Positions 1 to 8,929 of a DNA stretch of 64,000 nucleotides are shown here, one piece after another. The position numbers and the translations under genes are program-made. The notes under the pieces were generated by a model that saw only the letters and a list, made by a program, of their open reading frames with translations, did no database searches and was not told the DNA's origin. The DNA is taken from NCBI GenBank assembly GCA_050246755.1, contig JBFWVL010000001.1:1184001-1248000 (forward strand). The letters are read 5' to 3'. The first letter of the stretch is position 1; the number at the start of each line of letters is the position of its first letter. Source of the DNA: Bacteriovoracia bacterium (lineage in GTDB: Bacteria > Bdellovibrionota > UBA1018 > CAIPTA01).

Positions 1-812
1 TGAGGGTCGGAGGAGAAAAAAAAGAGCTTACGATGCTCTTTTCCGACGTCAGGGATTTTACTTCTATTTCCGAGCGCCTCGGCGCCCAGGACCTCGCGAA
101 CTTGTTAAATACTTACATGGGGAAAATGACCGATATTCTCTTCGAGACTGACGGCACGTTGGATAAATATATCGGCGATGCCTTAGTAGGGTTCTGGGGC
201 GCCCCGCTCGACGTGCCGGACCACGCCTATCATGGCGTACGGGGGGCCCTGCAAATGCTCGAGGCGCTTCCCGCAATTAATGATGAATTCGAAAGAAAAA
301 AATTTCCCCGCATCAATATAGGCATCGGCCTAAATTCGGGAGAAGTATCCGTGGGAAACATGGGGTCCGATAAGATTTTCCAGTATACCGCGCTCGGCGA
401 TTCCATGAATCTAGCCTCTCGGCTGGAAAGCCTAACGAAATTTTACGGCGTGAACCTGATGATCAGCGAGTTTACCTACGCCAAAATTGGCCACAAAAAA
501 GCCCAGTTCTGCATTCGCCCGCTGGATCTAGTTCAGGTGAAAGGTAAATCGGAAGCCGTAAAAATCTATGAAATAATCCCAAGCTGGAACCCCTGGGCGA
601 AGCAAAAAGAAGCACTCGAGAAATTTATTGGGGCTTACGAAGAATATTTTCTCCGCCGTCGTTTTTCGGAAGCAGAGAAAATATTCAGCGAAGTTTTACG
701 CGTGATTCCCGACGACAAAACCACGATTAAGCTTCACCAGGCTTGCCGGGAATTCGGTCAGATGCCACCGCCCGAATCCTGGAACGGGGTCACCGTCTTC
801 ACTGCGAAATAG
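1..812 (+). CDS. Class III adenylate/guanylate cyclase, 5'-truncated by the window edge, with C-terminal helical extension
   Basis: Motifs LFSDVRDFT, DKYIGDA, GIGLNSG and YTALGDSMNLASRLE. The frame is open from nt 3 (RVGGEKKELTM), so the gene starts upstream of the window. Confidence 0.93.
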   Translation, partial: RVGGEKKELTMLFSDVRDFTSISERLGAQDLANLLNTYMGKMTDILFETDGTLDKYIGDALVGFWGAPLDVPDHAYHGVRGALQMLEALPAINDEFERKKFPRINIGIGLNSGEVSVGNMGSDKIFQYTALGDSMNLASRLESLTKFYGVNLMISEFTYAKIGHKKAQFCIRPLDLVQVKGKSEAVKIYEIIPSWNPWAKQKEALEKFIGAYEEYFLRRRFSEAEKIFSEVLRVIPDDKTTIKLHQACREFGQMPPPESWNGVTVFTAK

Positions 813-843
813 CAAACAACGATCAAAAATGTCGCGTTTGTAG

Positions 844-860
844 TTGGTCCACTGCTTGCA
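844..860 (+). promoter_or_regulatory. Putative sigma54 (-24/-12) promoter
   Basis: TTGGTCCACTGCTTGCA: GG at 846-847 and GC at 858-859 with exact 10-nt spacing. GGAGG RBS precedes ATG 894. Confidence 0.55.
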
Positions 861-893
861 AATACTCTTAGAAGTTCTTTCCCGGGAGGAAAA

Positions 894-1253
894 ATGGCCC
901 TAAGAGAGATTAGAATGACCCGTTCCCACGACTACGCTAAGAAGTGTTTAGAGTGCAGCGTAACTTGCCTTGAAACCTTGCAGTATTGCGTAAAAATGGA
1001 AGAATCTCATCGTGATCCCGCTCATCTGCAGCTTCTGCGCGATTGCGCCGAACTATGCGTAACTACCGCGAATTTTCTGGCCACTGATTCCTATTACCGC
1101 ACCGAGCTGGCGATGATTTGCGCCGAAATTTGCGATGCTTGCGCCCTTGATTGTGAACAATTTGAGAACGACGAACAAATGCGCCTTTGTGCCGAAATCT
1201 GCCAAACCTGCGCCATCACTTGCCGGAGGGTCACGATTGAACTCGCAGCTTGA
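894..1253 (+). CDS. Cys-rich four-helix-bundle copper-storage protein (Csp3/DUF326-like)
   Basis: 119 aa with 14 Cys in CxxC/CxxxC repeats (DCAELC, CAEICDACALDC, CAEICQTCAITC); no signal peptide. Confidence 0.85.
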   Translation: MALREIRMTRSHDYAKKCLECSVTCLETLQYCVKMEESHRDPAHLQLLRDCAELCVTTANFLATDSYYRTELAMICAEICDACALDCEQFENDEQMRLCAEICQTCAITCRRVTIELAA

Positions 1254-1289
1254 GGCATAATTCACCGAACGTTCATCCAGGAGGTCTTT

Positions 1290-1706
1290 ATGGAGCCCGC
1301 TAGAAATAGAATATCTTCACCGCCGGAAGGTTATTCGCCCGCCACCCGCTTGCATGCCGTGGTCCCAGCCGCCAAAAACCAGAATACGAATATTGCCATT
1401 GGCGCATTATGGATGATCGGTGTCACGCTCGCGCTTTTCTTCCTCCCAATTCTCAACGGCCTGATCGGTGGTCTTGTTGGAGGATATAAAGTGGGCTCGC
1501 TGAAGCGTGCCTTGGCTGCCGCCGTGCTTCCCGCCGTAGTAGCAGCCGCGGGTCTTTGGGTAATTTTCGCGGTGCTGGGCGCCCCAATATTCGGCGTGCT
1601 GGCAAGCGCAGGAGTGGCCGTGATGATCGGCCTTTCGGAAATTGGAATTTTTCTGGGGGCCACACTCGGTGGCTATGCCGCAGAGAGGCCACGCAGCTCT
1701 GATTAA
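1290..1706 (+). CDS. Small multi-pass membrane protein (Gly-rich TM helices)
   Basis: GGAGG RBS; hydrophobic segments with GGLVGG and GATLGG motifs. Confidence 0.7.
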   Translation: MEPARNRISSPPEGYSPATRLHAVVPAAKNQNTNIAIGALWMIGVTLALFFLPILNGLIGGLVGGYKVGSLKRALAAAVLPAVVAAAGLWVIFAVLGAPIFGVLASAGVAVMIGLSEIGIFLGATLGGYAAERPRSSD

Positions 1707-1730
1707 TGGGAACTGGGATATAGATAAAAG

Positions 1731-1771
1731 AAAAAACGCGTAAAGGTGGATTCACCATTACGCGTTTTTTT
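1731..1771. terminator. Bidirectional intrinsic terminator
   Basis: AAAAAACGCGTAA...TTACGCGTTTTTTT hairpin with A and T tracts, between convergent genes. Confidence 0.85.
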
Positions 1772-1784
1772 GAACCTCAGTTCG

Positions 1785-3428
1785 CTAGGGCACTCGGCAA
1801 AGAAGTACTTCTTGGGCCGCCATCACTTGGTAATCGGCGGTCTCGGAATTTTCGCTCGCTTTAGCATAAGTCTTCTTGGCTAAATTACCCGAAGAAACGC
1901 AGTTTTCTAGACGCTTCATTTCTTCTACTCGAGGCTGTACCCAAGCGGGCCCAACCGCTGACAGCGCGTTTGGAAGGAGTTCCGCCTCACGCTGGGCAAA
2001 ACGCTCCTCTTCGGTGGCATTAGGCTTCATGGGAACTGTGAGATCGGGAATGATTCCGACGATTTGGTTCGTACGTCCCGAAGGCTGGTAGAAGCGCTGG
2101 ATCGTATGGAAAAACATGATTCGGGGATTGCCTAGGAAGGCGTCGGGCGACTGCACCGTGGCCTTACCGAAGGAGCGTTCTCCCAAAACCCATGCGCGCT
2201 TATAATCCTGCAGCGCGCCCGAAAGAATTTCCGAAGCACTGGCCGATCCCGCGTCGATCAAAATCGCGAGAGGGAGACGGGTGATTTGATCTTTTTCGGA
2301 ACTTAGATCTTGAAACGTTTCACTCCGTAAATCTTTTACTTTCGTAATAACCTGACGTCCCACAAATAAGCCGCCGATACAAAGGGCTTGGTCGAGCAAG
2401 CCTCCGCCATTACCACGCAGGTCGAGCACGAGTCCTTTCACTTTTTGCTCTTCGAATCGCTTTACCAAACCTTCAATTTTTTCGCAGGCATGGTTATCCA
2501 TGAAATTGCGCAAGCGGATATAACCGTAATTTTCGCCAAGTTCGTTACGCGTTTCTGCGATCACGTTTTCTAGGACGATGCGTGCGCGGGAAATCGATAT
2601 TTCTAATATTTTTCCTCTGCGCAAAACCTTCAGCGCCACATTCGTTCCGGCGGTTCCGCGAATTCTCTTTACCGCCTGATCTACCGACATTCCATCAGTG
2701 GGCGTTTCGTCGATCGAAGCGATAATATCGTTAGGAAGAATTCCGGCTTTCTTGGCGGGGCCGCCATCGGTTGGTGCCTGAATAATTATACGGCCATTCA
2801 GCTCCTGCAGAGTGGCGCCGATCCCGACGAAATCCTCGGTGGCATCATTCAGAGAATCACTCACTTCGGCGCGCGCATCTAGGTGGGCGTGAGCATCTTC
2901 GGATGCGTTTAGCAGAGCCGTGATGGCTTTCGCGGCCACCATGCTATCGTCCGCTTTGTCTTTTACGGAGCGCTCCAGTACGTGACTAAACATGAGCTCG
3001 AAGTCGGCATTCGTGCCGCTTTCTACGATCGCCTGAAGAGCATTCTTCAGCTTCTCGCGACGAGTACTTTCTTTTTTCCATTCTGCCATCGCAGAAGGTT
3101 CATTGCCGGCTTTAGCCCGGGAAGCCAGTACGAAATTAGGAAAAATTCGGAAGGGCATGCCCCCTACGAAAGTAGGGTCACCCGAAAGCGACTGAGGAAC
3201 CAGTTCGATGGGAGGGTTGGCCCTTGCGCCCACGGAGTTAATTGCTGCCACGCAGCCCTGGAGCTGATTGATCGTGGATACACAGTTATCGTGGGCCAAA
3301 AATTTTAACTTCAGCATGATTTCGGTGGTGAGGCCGGTTTCCTGCCAATATTCTTGGGAAGTTTTCTTAGCGGCAAAAGCGGTAGGAAGAGAAAGGGCCA
3401 AGGCTAGAGACAACGGCAGGAGCTTCAT
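1785..3428 (-). CDS. S41 family C-terminal processing protease (PDZ + S41), secreted
   Basis: Signal peptide MKLLPLSLALALSLPTAFA; FVGIG/PDZ; LDLRGNGGG, SASASEI, SFGKATVQ. Start moved to ATG 3428 (GAGG RBS). Confidence 0.92.
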   Translation of the reverse strand: MKLLPLSLALALSLPTAFAAKKTSQEYWQETGLTTEIMLKLKFLAHDNCVSTINQLQGCVAAINSVGARANPPIELVPQSLSGDPTFVGGMPFRIFPNFVLASRAKAGNEPSAMAEWKKESTRREKLKNALQAIVESGTNADFELMFSHVLERSVKDKADDSMVAAKAITALLNASEDAHAHLDARAEVSDSLNDATEDFVGIGATLQELNGRIIIQAPTDGGPAKKAGILPNDIIASIDETPTDGMSVDQAVKRIRGTAGTNVALKVLRRGKILEISISRARIVLENVIAETRNELGENYGYIRLRNFMDNHACEKIEGLVKRFEEQKVKGLVLDLRGNGGGLLDQALCIGGLFVGRQVITKVKDLRSETFQDLSSEKDQITRLPLAILIDAGSASASEILSGALQDYKRAWVLGERSFGKATVQSPDAFLGNPRIMFFHTIQRFYQPSGRTNQIVGIIPDLTVPMKPNATEEERFAQREAELLPNALSAVGPAWVQPRVEEMKRLENCVSSGNLAKKTYAKASENSETADYQVMAAQEVLLCRVP

Positions 3429-3464
3429 ACAAACCTCGATTCGTTCAGTGACAAACGTGGCGAG

Positions 3465-3493
3465 ACTATACTTAAGTTGACTCATTTAGTCAA
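3465..3493 (-). promoter_or_regulatory. Sigma70 promoter with an overlapping palindromic operator
   Basis: Minus strand TTGACT-N17-TATAGT. The palindrome TTGACT-N5-AGTCAA (3477-3493) covers the -35. Confidence 0.7.
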
Positions 3494-3570
3494 GAATAGA
3501 GGGCCCGCATTTCAGGAAATTTAATTCAGTAATATTATGTGGTTATACTCAAAACGAAAGTATTGAGGGC

Positions 3571-3798
3571 TTACTCGTCGATCCAAGCCCAGCGATAGTT
3601 TAGGAATACCAATACGCAGCCAATAAGCCAGTTCAGCCAGGGATTCGTTACGAATAAACCATACGCCATAAGGACAATCCCCAACAAAAGGCGTTTCCCA
3701 TTTTGGTCATTCCGCCCCCACTTAAAAATATAAAATCCATACACCCCGAAAATGAAACCAGAGATCAGAATGGAAATAGAGAGATTCTTAAAGTCCAC
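3571..3798 (-). CDS. Small membrane protein (~75 aa)
   Basis: GTG start overlaps the xdhC end; hydrophobic helices SGFIFGVYGFYIFKWG and LLLGIVLMAYGLFV. Confidence 0.65.
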   Translation of the reverse strand: MDFKNLSISILISGFIFGVYGFYIFKWGRNDQNGKRLLLGIVLMAYGLFVTNPWLNWLIGCVLVFLNYRWAWIDE

Positions 3799-4600
3799 TT
3801 TTGGCCGCCGACTTTCTCGAAAATAATCGTTCCCGATCGCGCGTTTGCAGCAGCTCCGCCGCAATGCTTACCGCGATTTCGGCGGGATGATTCGTACCGA
3901 ACGACAACCCAATGGGACAACGAAGTTTTTCGATCGCGGCCGCGGAAATTCCTCGTGCGACTAAATCATTGCGCAGCTTCAACCCCTTAGTGTCGCTGCC
4001 GATCGCGCCCACGTAGGGCGCGTTAGGCCTTTCGCGGAAAATGGCCTCCAGCACGGGAAGATCATGGGCATGGCCCTGCGAAACACAGACGAAATAAGCA
4101 TCTCCAGGAAAAGACGCCACTAAGCTCGCAGGCTCGGGGTGGCAGATGCCGTGAAAATTCTGGGCCTTGGGGAAGCGCGCAACCCAGTCCTCGCGAGGAT
4201 CGACGCAAGTGATTATGCAAGGAAGGGTTTGTAGCAAAGGAACCAACGCCTGGGACACGTGACCAGCGCCGAAAATTGCAAGGCGCCATGAGGTGGAGAA
4301 TTTTTCAAAAAGATAGGTTACTTCGCCTCCGCAGGTCATGCCCACGTCTCGCTGAAGATTCCAAGTAACCACTTCCGGAGGCTTTGCCTCTGCCGCCACC
4401 ACCAACTCCAGCGAATGGCGAATGGCGCGGGCCTCTACCTTTCCGCCCCCCACCGTTCCCCAATGAAGTCCTTCGGAAGTCACAATTACTTTGGCGCCCC
4501 GATCTTGTGGAACATGTCCGCGGGAATTGAGAAGCGTAACCACCACGAAAGCCACTCCGCTTCTCTCTAATTCCCCCGCCACCTCCCAGAATTGCTTCAT
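3788..4600 (-). CDS. xdhC: Xanthine dehydrogenase accessory protein XdhC
   Basis: GTVGGGKVE, GMTCGG, IFGAGHVS, CPIG; ATGA overlap with xdhB. Confidence 0.93.
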   Translation of the reverse strand: MKQFWEVAGELERSGVAFVVVTLLNSRGHVPQDRGAKVIVTSEGLHWGTVGGGKVEARAIRHSLELVVAAEAKPPEVVTWNLQRDVGMTCGGEVTYLFEKFSTSWRLAIFGAGHVSQALVPLLQTLPCIITCVDPREDWVARFPKAQNFHGICHPEPASLVASFPGDAYFVCVSQGHAHDLPVLEAIFRERPNAPYVGAIGSDTKGLKLRNDLVARGISAAAIEKLRCPIGLSFGTNHPAEIAVSIAAELLQTRDRERLFSRKSAAKSGL

Positions 4601-7035
4601 CGCCTGGCCTCTAAGTGGGCGAAGCGCTCCACATAGAGAGCTCGCAATACTTCTTCCTGCGTGGCGGGAATCTTCATTACCGGGAGTGTTCTCCGGAAGC
4701 GGGGAAGCTGCTTGAACGCGTCGTGTACCGCGGTCCACACGCTCAACGCCAGCAAAAGCGGCGGCTCTCCGGCCGCTTTCGTGCCACGGACGTTCGGAAA
4801 ATTCTCTTCGTTGTGAATGAGTTTTGTGTGGAATATACGCGGAGTATCCTGAATGCTCGGAATCTTATAGGTACTGGGCGAATGAGAAAGTAGTTTTCCC
4901 TCAGGGGAATAGAATAGGTTCTCGGTAGTAACCCAGCCCATTCCCTGAATGAATCCCCCGGTAACCTGCCCTATGTCTAAAGCCTCATTTACTGGCCGAC
5001 CAAGGTCCATGAGAATATCTACGCGGCTTACCTTCACTTCTCCGGTATCACGGTCCACCAAAACCTCAGAAGCCGCCACACCCTGCGTGAAATATAGGAA
5101 AGCATCCCCTTGCCCCGTGAGCTTATTGAATGCGATACCGGAAAATTTATAGAAGGCATAATCCGAAAGAGAAATACGGTGATGATAGGCTTCGTTTACC
5201 AGTGCGGCGAAGGTAAGCTTATTGCCCTTTCCATCGGCCGCGCGCACTTCTTCCTGCGCGAAAACGACCCCATGATAAGTGGCGGTCCCGCTTAGCCAAT
5301 CCGCATCTAAGTTAGGATTAGCGATATTGTTCCCGAGCTCCCCCACCTCGATTTCCGGCTCAGTTCCTAAACCCGCGGTATGCCTGGCCCACTTTGATTC
5401 GGGAATATGAAATAATTTTTCCGCCAATAGCGAAAGGCGGTATTTTATTTTTCGCGCCGCCAATACCGCGGCGGCCCCGTTCAAATCCGTGCCGCTCGAA
5501 GCGGCCGTGGGAGAGGTATTCGCATTCTTATCCGTTGTAGTGGCCATCACCCGCACTTGTCCGCGCGGGATGCCGAACTCTTCGGCCACCATTTGGGCGA
5601 TGCGCGCGTTCACGCCTTGCCCCATCTCAGTGGCGCCGGTAGAGACCTGCACGGTTCCATCCCGATGCACGAGAACCAGGGAATTTGCCTGATTCAGGAA
5701 GCGGGTCGTGAAAGAAATCCCAAATTTTACCGGCGTGAGCGAAAGGCCACGCAAGGGACCATTTTTCTTTCCGTTGAGAACCTGCTCGTTGTGAAGCCGA
5801 ATTTCCCTTCTTCGCGAAGCGTATTCGCAATCCTTTTCGAGCGAAGAAAAAAGCTCGGGCAGGCAATTATTTTTTATTTCTTGGCCGTAGTGGGTGGTAT
5901 TCCGCCCCCCTTCAAGGGAATAGCAATTCAGCTTACGAATCTCCAGCGCGTCTTTTCCCAGAAAATGCGCCACTTCCTCTACGACTTTTTCGATCATGGC
6001 CACACCTTTGGGCCCGCCGAAGCCGCGAAAAGCCGTATGGGGATGAAAGTTCGTCCGGCAAACCTGGCCCACCACCCGCATAGAGGGAATAAAATAGGCA
6101 TTGTCGCTATGGAGCATTGCCCTTTCCATGATCGAAGTAGAGAGATCCGCATAGGCGCCGGAATCAGAAAATAGCTGCGCGTCCAGCGCGAGCAGGCGGC
6201 CATCTTTATCGAACCCCACTTCGTAGAAAGCCTCGAAGGGATTACGCTTGCCGGTCATGATCATGTCGTCATCTTTAGTGAGCACGATCCGGGCCGGGCG
6301 ATTTAGTTTTTGCGCGGCCAGAGCGGCATACGCGGCAAACGGAGCGGCCTGCGACTCTTTCCCTCCGAATGCGCCTCCCATTCTCTTTACCACGCAAACC
6401 ACGTCTTTGGCGGTAAGGCCTAGCGCGTGAGAAGCAACGTGCTGCGTTTCCGTGGGGTGCTGAGTGGAGCTATGGATTTCGATTTGCCCATCCTCCCGGG
6501 GATACGCCACCGAAACCTGACTTTCTAAATAAAAATGGTCGGCCCCCTGAATTACCAGCTTGCCACCGAGGCGGTGCGGTGATTTTTTCATCGCCGCCTC
6601 CACGTTCCCCCTCGTAATATTTCGCTCCGAGCCTAAGAAAGATTTTTGCCTTCGCGCCTCGGAGATGCTGAGGATGGGTGCTAAATCCTGATAACGAACG
6701 GTAATCTTTTCTTTCGCGCGCCTCGCCGCCTCTTGAGTCTCTGCCGCCACAAATGCAATTGCTTCTCCAACGAACTGCACTTCGGAATCCGCAAGCAGGG
6801 GCTGATCTTTAAAAATAGTTCCCCAACGGTTTTCCGCAAAATCTCGACCGGTAAACGCCCGCACGAATCCAGGAACCTTTTCCGCCTCCGAAAATGAAAT
6901 ACTTAGGATTTTTGCGTGTGCCTTTTGGCTATAAAGCACTTCGATAAAAAGTTCGCCTTTGGTGCGGGGCCGATCGTCCACGTATTCGCTTTGGCCCGTA
7001 ACGTGAGTATGCGCGGAATCATGGGGCAGCTTCAC
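4597..7035 (-). CDS. xdhB: Xanthine dehydrogenase molybdopterin-binding subunit
   Basis: HDSAHTHVTG, RMGGAFGGKES, AFRGFGGP, KFGISFT, EMGQG, SPTAAS, GEPP. Confidence 0.95.
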   Translation of the reverse strand: MKLPHDSAHTHVTGQSEYVDDRPRTKGELFIEVLYSQKAHAKILSISFSEAEKVPGFVRAFTGRDFAENRWGTIFKDQPLLADSEVQFVGEAIAFVAAETQEAARRAKEKITVRYQDLAPILSISEARRQKSFLGSERNITRGNVEAAMKKSPHRLGGKLVIQGADHFYLESQVSVAYPREDGQIEIHSSTQHPTETQHVASHALGLTAKDVVCVVKRMGGAFGGKESQAAPFAAYAALAAQKLNRPARIVLTKDDDMIMTGKRNPFEAFYEVGFDKDGRLLALDAQLFSDSGAYADLSTSIMERAMLHSDNAYFIPSMRVVGQVCRTNFHPHTAFRGFGGPKGVAMIEKVVEEVAHFLGKDALEIRKLNCYSLEGGRNTTHYGQEIKNNCLPELFSSLEKDCEYASRRREIRLHNEQVLNGKKNGPLRGLSLTPVKFGISFTTRFLNQANSLVLVHRDGTVQVSTGATEMGQGVNARIAQMVAEEFGIPRGQVRVMATTTDKNANTSPTAASSGTDLNGAAAVLAARKIKYRLSLLAEKLFHIPESKWARHTAGLGTEPEIEVGELGNNIANPNLDADWLSGTATYHGVVFAQEEVRAADGKGNKLTFAALVNEAYHHRISLSDYAFYKFSGIAFNKLTGQGDAFLYFTQGVAASEVLVDRDTGEVKVSRVDILMDLGRPVNEALDIGQVTGGFIQGMGWVTTENLFYSPEGKLLSHSPSTYKIPSIQDTPRIFHTKLIHNEENFPNVRGTKAAGEPPLLLALSVWTAVHDAFKQLPRFRRTLPVMKIPATQEEVLRALYVERFAHLEARR

Positions 7036-8480
7036 GGGCGCACCTCTAGATGATCGCGGAAAAATTTATTCAAGAAATTTTCGGCGATCAAACGCCTGAA
7101 TGCGAAGCTCCCGCGCAGGTCGCTGATTGGGCTTATTTCTTCCTGCAATATGGCCACCGCGGACTCGCGGCGTGCGCCATCCAGAGTTCCCGCCAATAAA
7201 TGCGCTTCCGTTTTCGGCAAGCGCACGGGAGTGGCGGCCACGCCCCCCAGCGCCAGCCGCACTTCTTTAGCGCGAGTACGCGCTTTGTCTTTCCAAAGCA
7301 CGTGAAAGGCGGCGTTCACGCAGGAAATATCCAGGTCTTTTCTCTGCGATACTTTATAAAGCGCGAAGCTTGAGGTTTTTTCGGGAATGAGAAAATCCAC
7401 CCCCACCAGGCATTCACCGGGCTTGAGAGCCGTCTTTCTGTAGCCAAGGTAAAAATCCTTCAAAGGAAGGCTTCGCTTTCCGGAGGCACCCGCGATTTGC
7501 ACGTTCGCATCCACCGCCAGTAAAAATGGTGGCGTGTCGGCGATAGGAGAGGCATTCCCGATATTACCAATTAAAGTGGCCACGTTCTTAATCTGAGGCG
7601 AGGCGAACAAATCCAGAAAACGGGCAAACTCGGGAATCTTATCTTTCAGTGCGGATCGCAGTTCGGTAAGCGTCACACGGGCGCCAACCTGAAAACGCCT
7701 ACCTATTTTCTTGGTTGCATATAACTCCTCCAGCAAATGAAGGCTGAGTATTTTTTGCAGGCGAATTTTTCGCTTGTTACTCTGCACGCCCAAATCGGTA
7801 GCCGCCGCCACAATTTTGGCATCGCGATGCTTGCGTAGGTATGCGGTAGCCTCCTTGAGAGTGGCCGGCGCAAAAAAAGAAAAATCTTCTCCGGAAAAGC
7901 ACAAGCTTTCACGCAGCGCCGACTTCAGTTCACGCTCCTGGGTGGAAGAAAAAAATCTTTTCTTTAGAGAAACGGAAGACTCCAGGTCTATAGCCTGGGC
8001 CGCTTCGATGATGGGCTGGTAGCCGGTGCAGCGGCATAGATTTCCGGTAAGAGCATTCTTGGCTTCTTGCCCGCTAATTTGGCCCGCCTGCTGGCATAGC
8101 TTTTTTTCCACCAGTCCGGTTAGCGCCACCACGAAACCCGGTGTGCAAAACCCGCACTGACTTCCGTGACAATCTCTCATGGCCGATTGCACCGGCGAGA
8201 GATTCTTTCCCTCGGCCAGCACATCCACGGTCACTAAGCTGGAGCCGTCCATTTGGGCCACGGTACAAATACAGGCATTTACGGGGTAGAAATTTTTATC
8301 CTTAGAAAAGGGAAAATACCGGAGCACGCTGCAGGCCCCGCAATCGCCTTCAGCGCAAACGATCTTCGTTCCCGTTAAAGATTTTTCGTAGCGGAGATAG
8401 TCGGCCAGCATCATTCCGGCACTAGCGCCGCTGACTTCCTGTCTCTTTCCATTTAGGTAAAAAACCACTGCACTACGCAT
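7032..8480 (-). CDS. xdhA: Xanthine dehydrogenase small subunit (2x[2Fe-2S] + FAD)
   Basis: GTKIVCAEGDCGAC, QCGFCTPG, NLCRCTGY, FASPQIKN. Likely start ATG 8480. Confidence 0.95.
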   Translation of the reverse strand: MRSAVVFYLNGKRQEVSGASAGMMLADYLRYEKSLTGTKIVCAEGDCGACSVLRYFPFSKDKNFYPVNACICTVAQMDGSSLVTVDVLAEGKNLSPVQSAMRDCHGSQCGFCTPGFVVALTGLVEKKLCQQAGQISGQEAKNALTGNLCRCTGYQPIIEAAQAIDLESSVSLKKRFFSSTQERELKSALRESLCFSGEDFSFFAPATLKEATAYLRKHRDAKIVAAATDLGVQSNKRKIRLQKILSLHLLEELYATKKIGRRFQVGARVTLTELRSALKDKIPEFARFLDLFASPQIKNVATLIGNIGNASPIADTPPFLLAVDANVQIAGASGKRSLPLKDFYLGYRKTALKPGECLVGVDFLIPEKTSSFALYKVSQRKDLDISCVNAAFHVLWKDKARTRAKEVRLALGGVAATPVRLPKTEAHLLAGTLDGARRESAVAILQEEISPISDLRGSFAFRRLIAENFLNKFFRDHLEVRP

Positions 8481-8543
8481 AGCAAGAAGCTTCAGTGAGC
8501 CGCCTCTAGCTGTCAAGCGGCGCGCATTTGATGCAACGCTCCG

Positions 8544-8912
8544 CTAGTGCGGACAATACTTATGCACCACCTCTAAGAGGGTTTTTAGATTAATCGGCTT
8601 CTGCACCAGAGCACTCGCAATCAGTGGCTTCGCTTTATCGGGGAAAGCGGTAACCAATACTACTGGGATCATATGAAGAGCCGGGTCAGACTCTATCGCC
8701 TTCACGAAAGCCTCTCCGTCCATCACCGGCATCACTAAATCCAGCAAAATAAGGCAGGGCGCCTTTATTCTTCTCAAGATTTCAATCCCTTGCTGGCCGT
8801 TCGCAGCAGAGAAAACGAAAAAGCCATCAGCCTCCAGCTGTTGCCGCATCGAAACGCGAGTGTCGTGATCGTCCTCAATTACCAAAATAGTCTTTAGTTT
8901 AGATTCCTGCAT
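8544..8912 (-). CDS. Single-domain response regulator (REC)
   Basis: ILVIEDD, LLDLVMPVMDG, KP. AAGGA RBS before ATG 8912 (alternative GTG at 8930). Confidence 0.9.
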   Translation of the reverse strand: MQESKLKTILVIEDDHDTRVSMRQQLEADGFFVFSAANGQQGIEILRRIKAPCLILLDLVMPVMDGEAFVKAIESDPALHMIPVVLVTAFPDKAKPLIASALVQKPINLKTLLEVVHKYCPH

Positions 8913-8929
8913 AATTGTCCTTGGTATCA

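Noticed and set aside
3515-3546. TTATGT-containing AT-rich stretch as a Xer dif site
   Set aside because: Only 6 of 11 XerD-arm bases match and there is no XerC arm.
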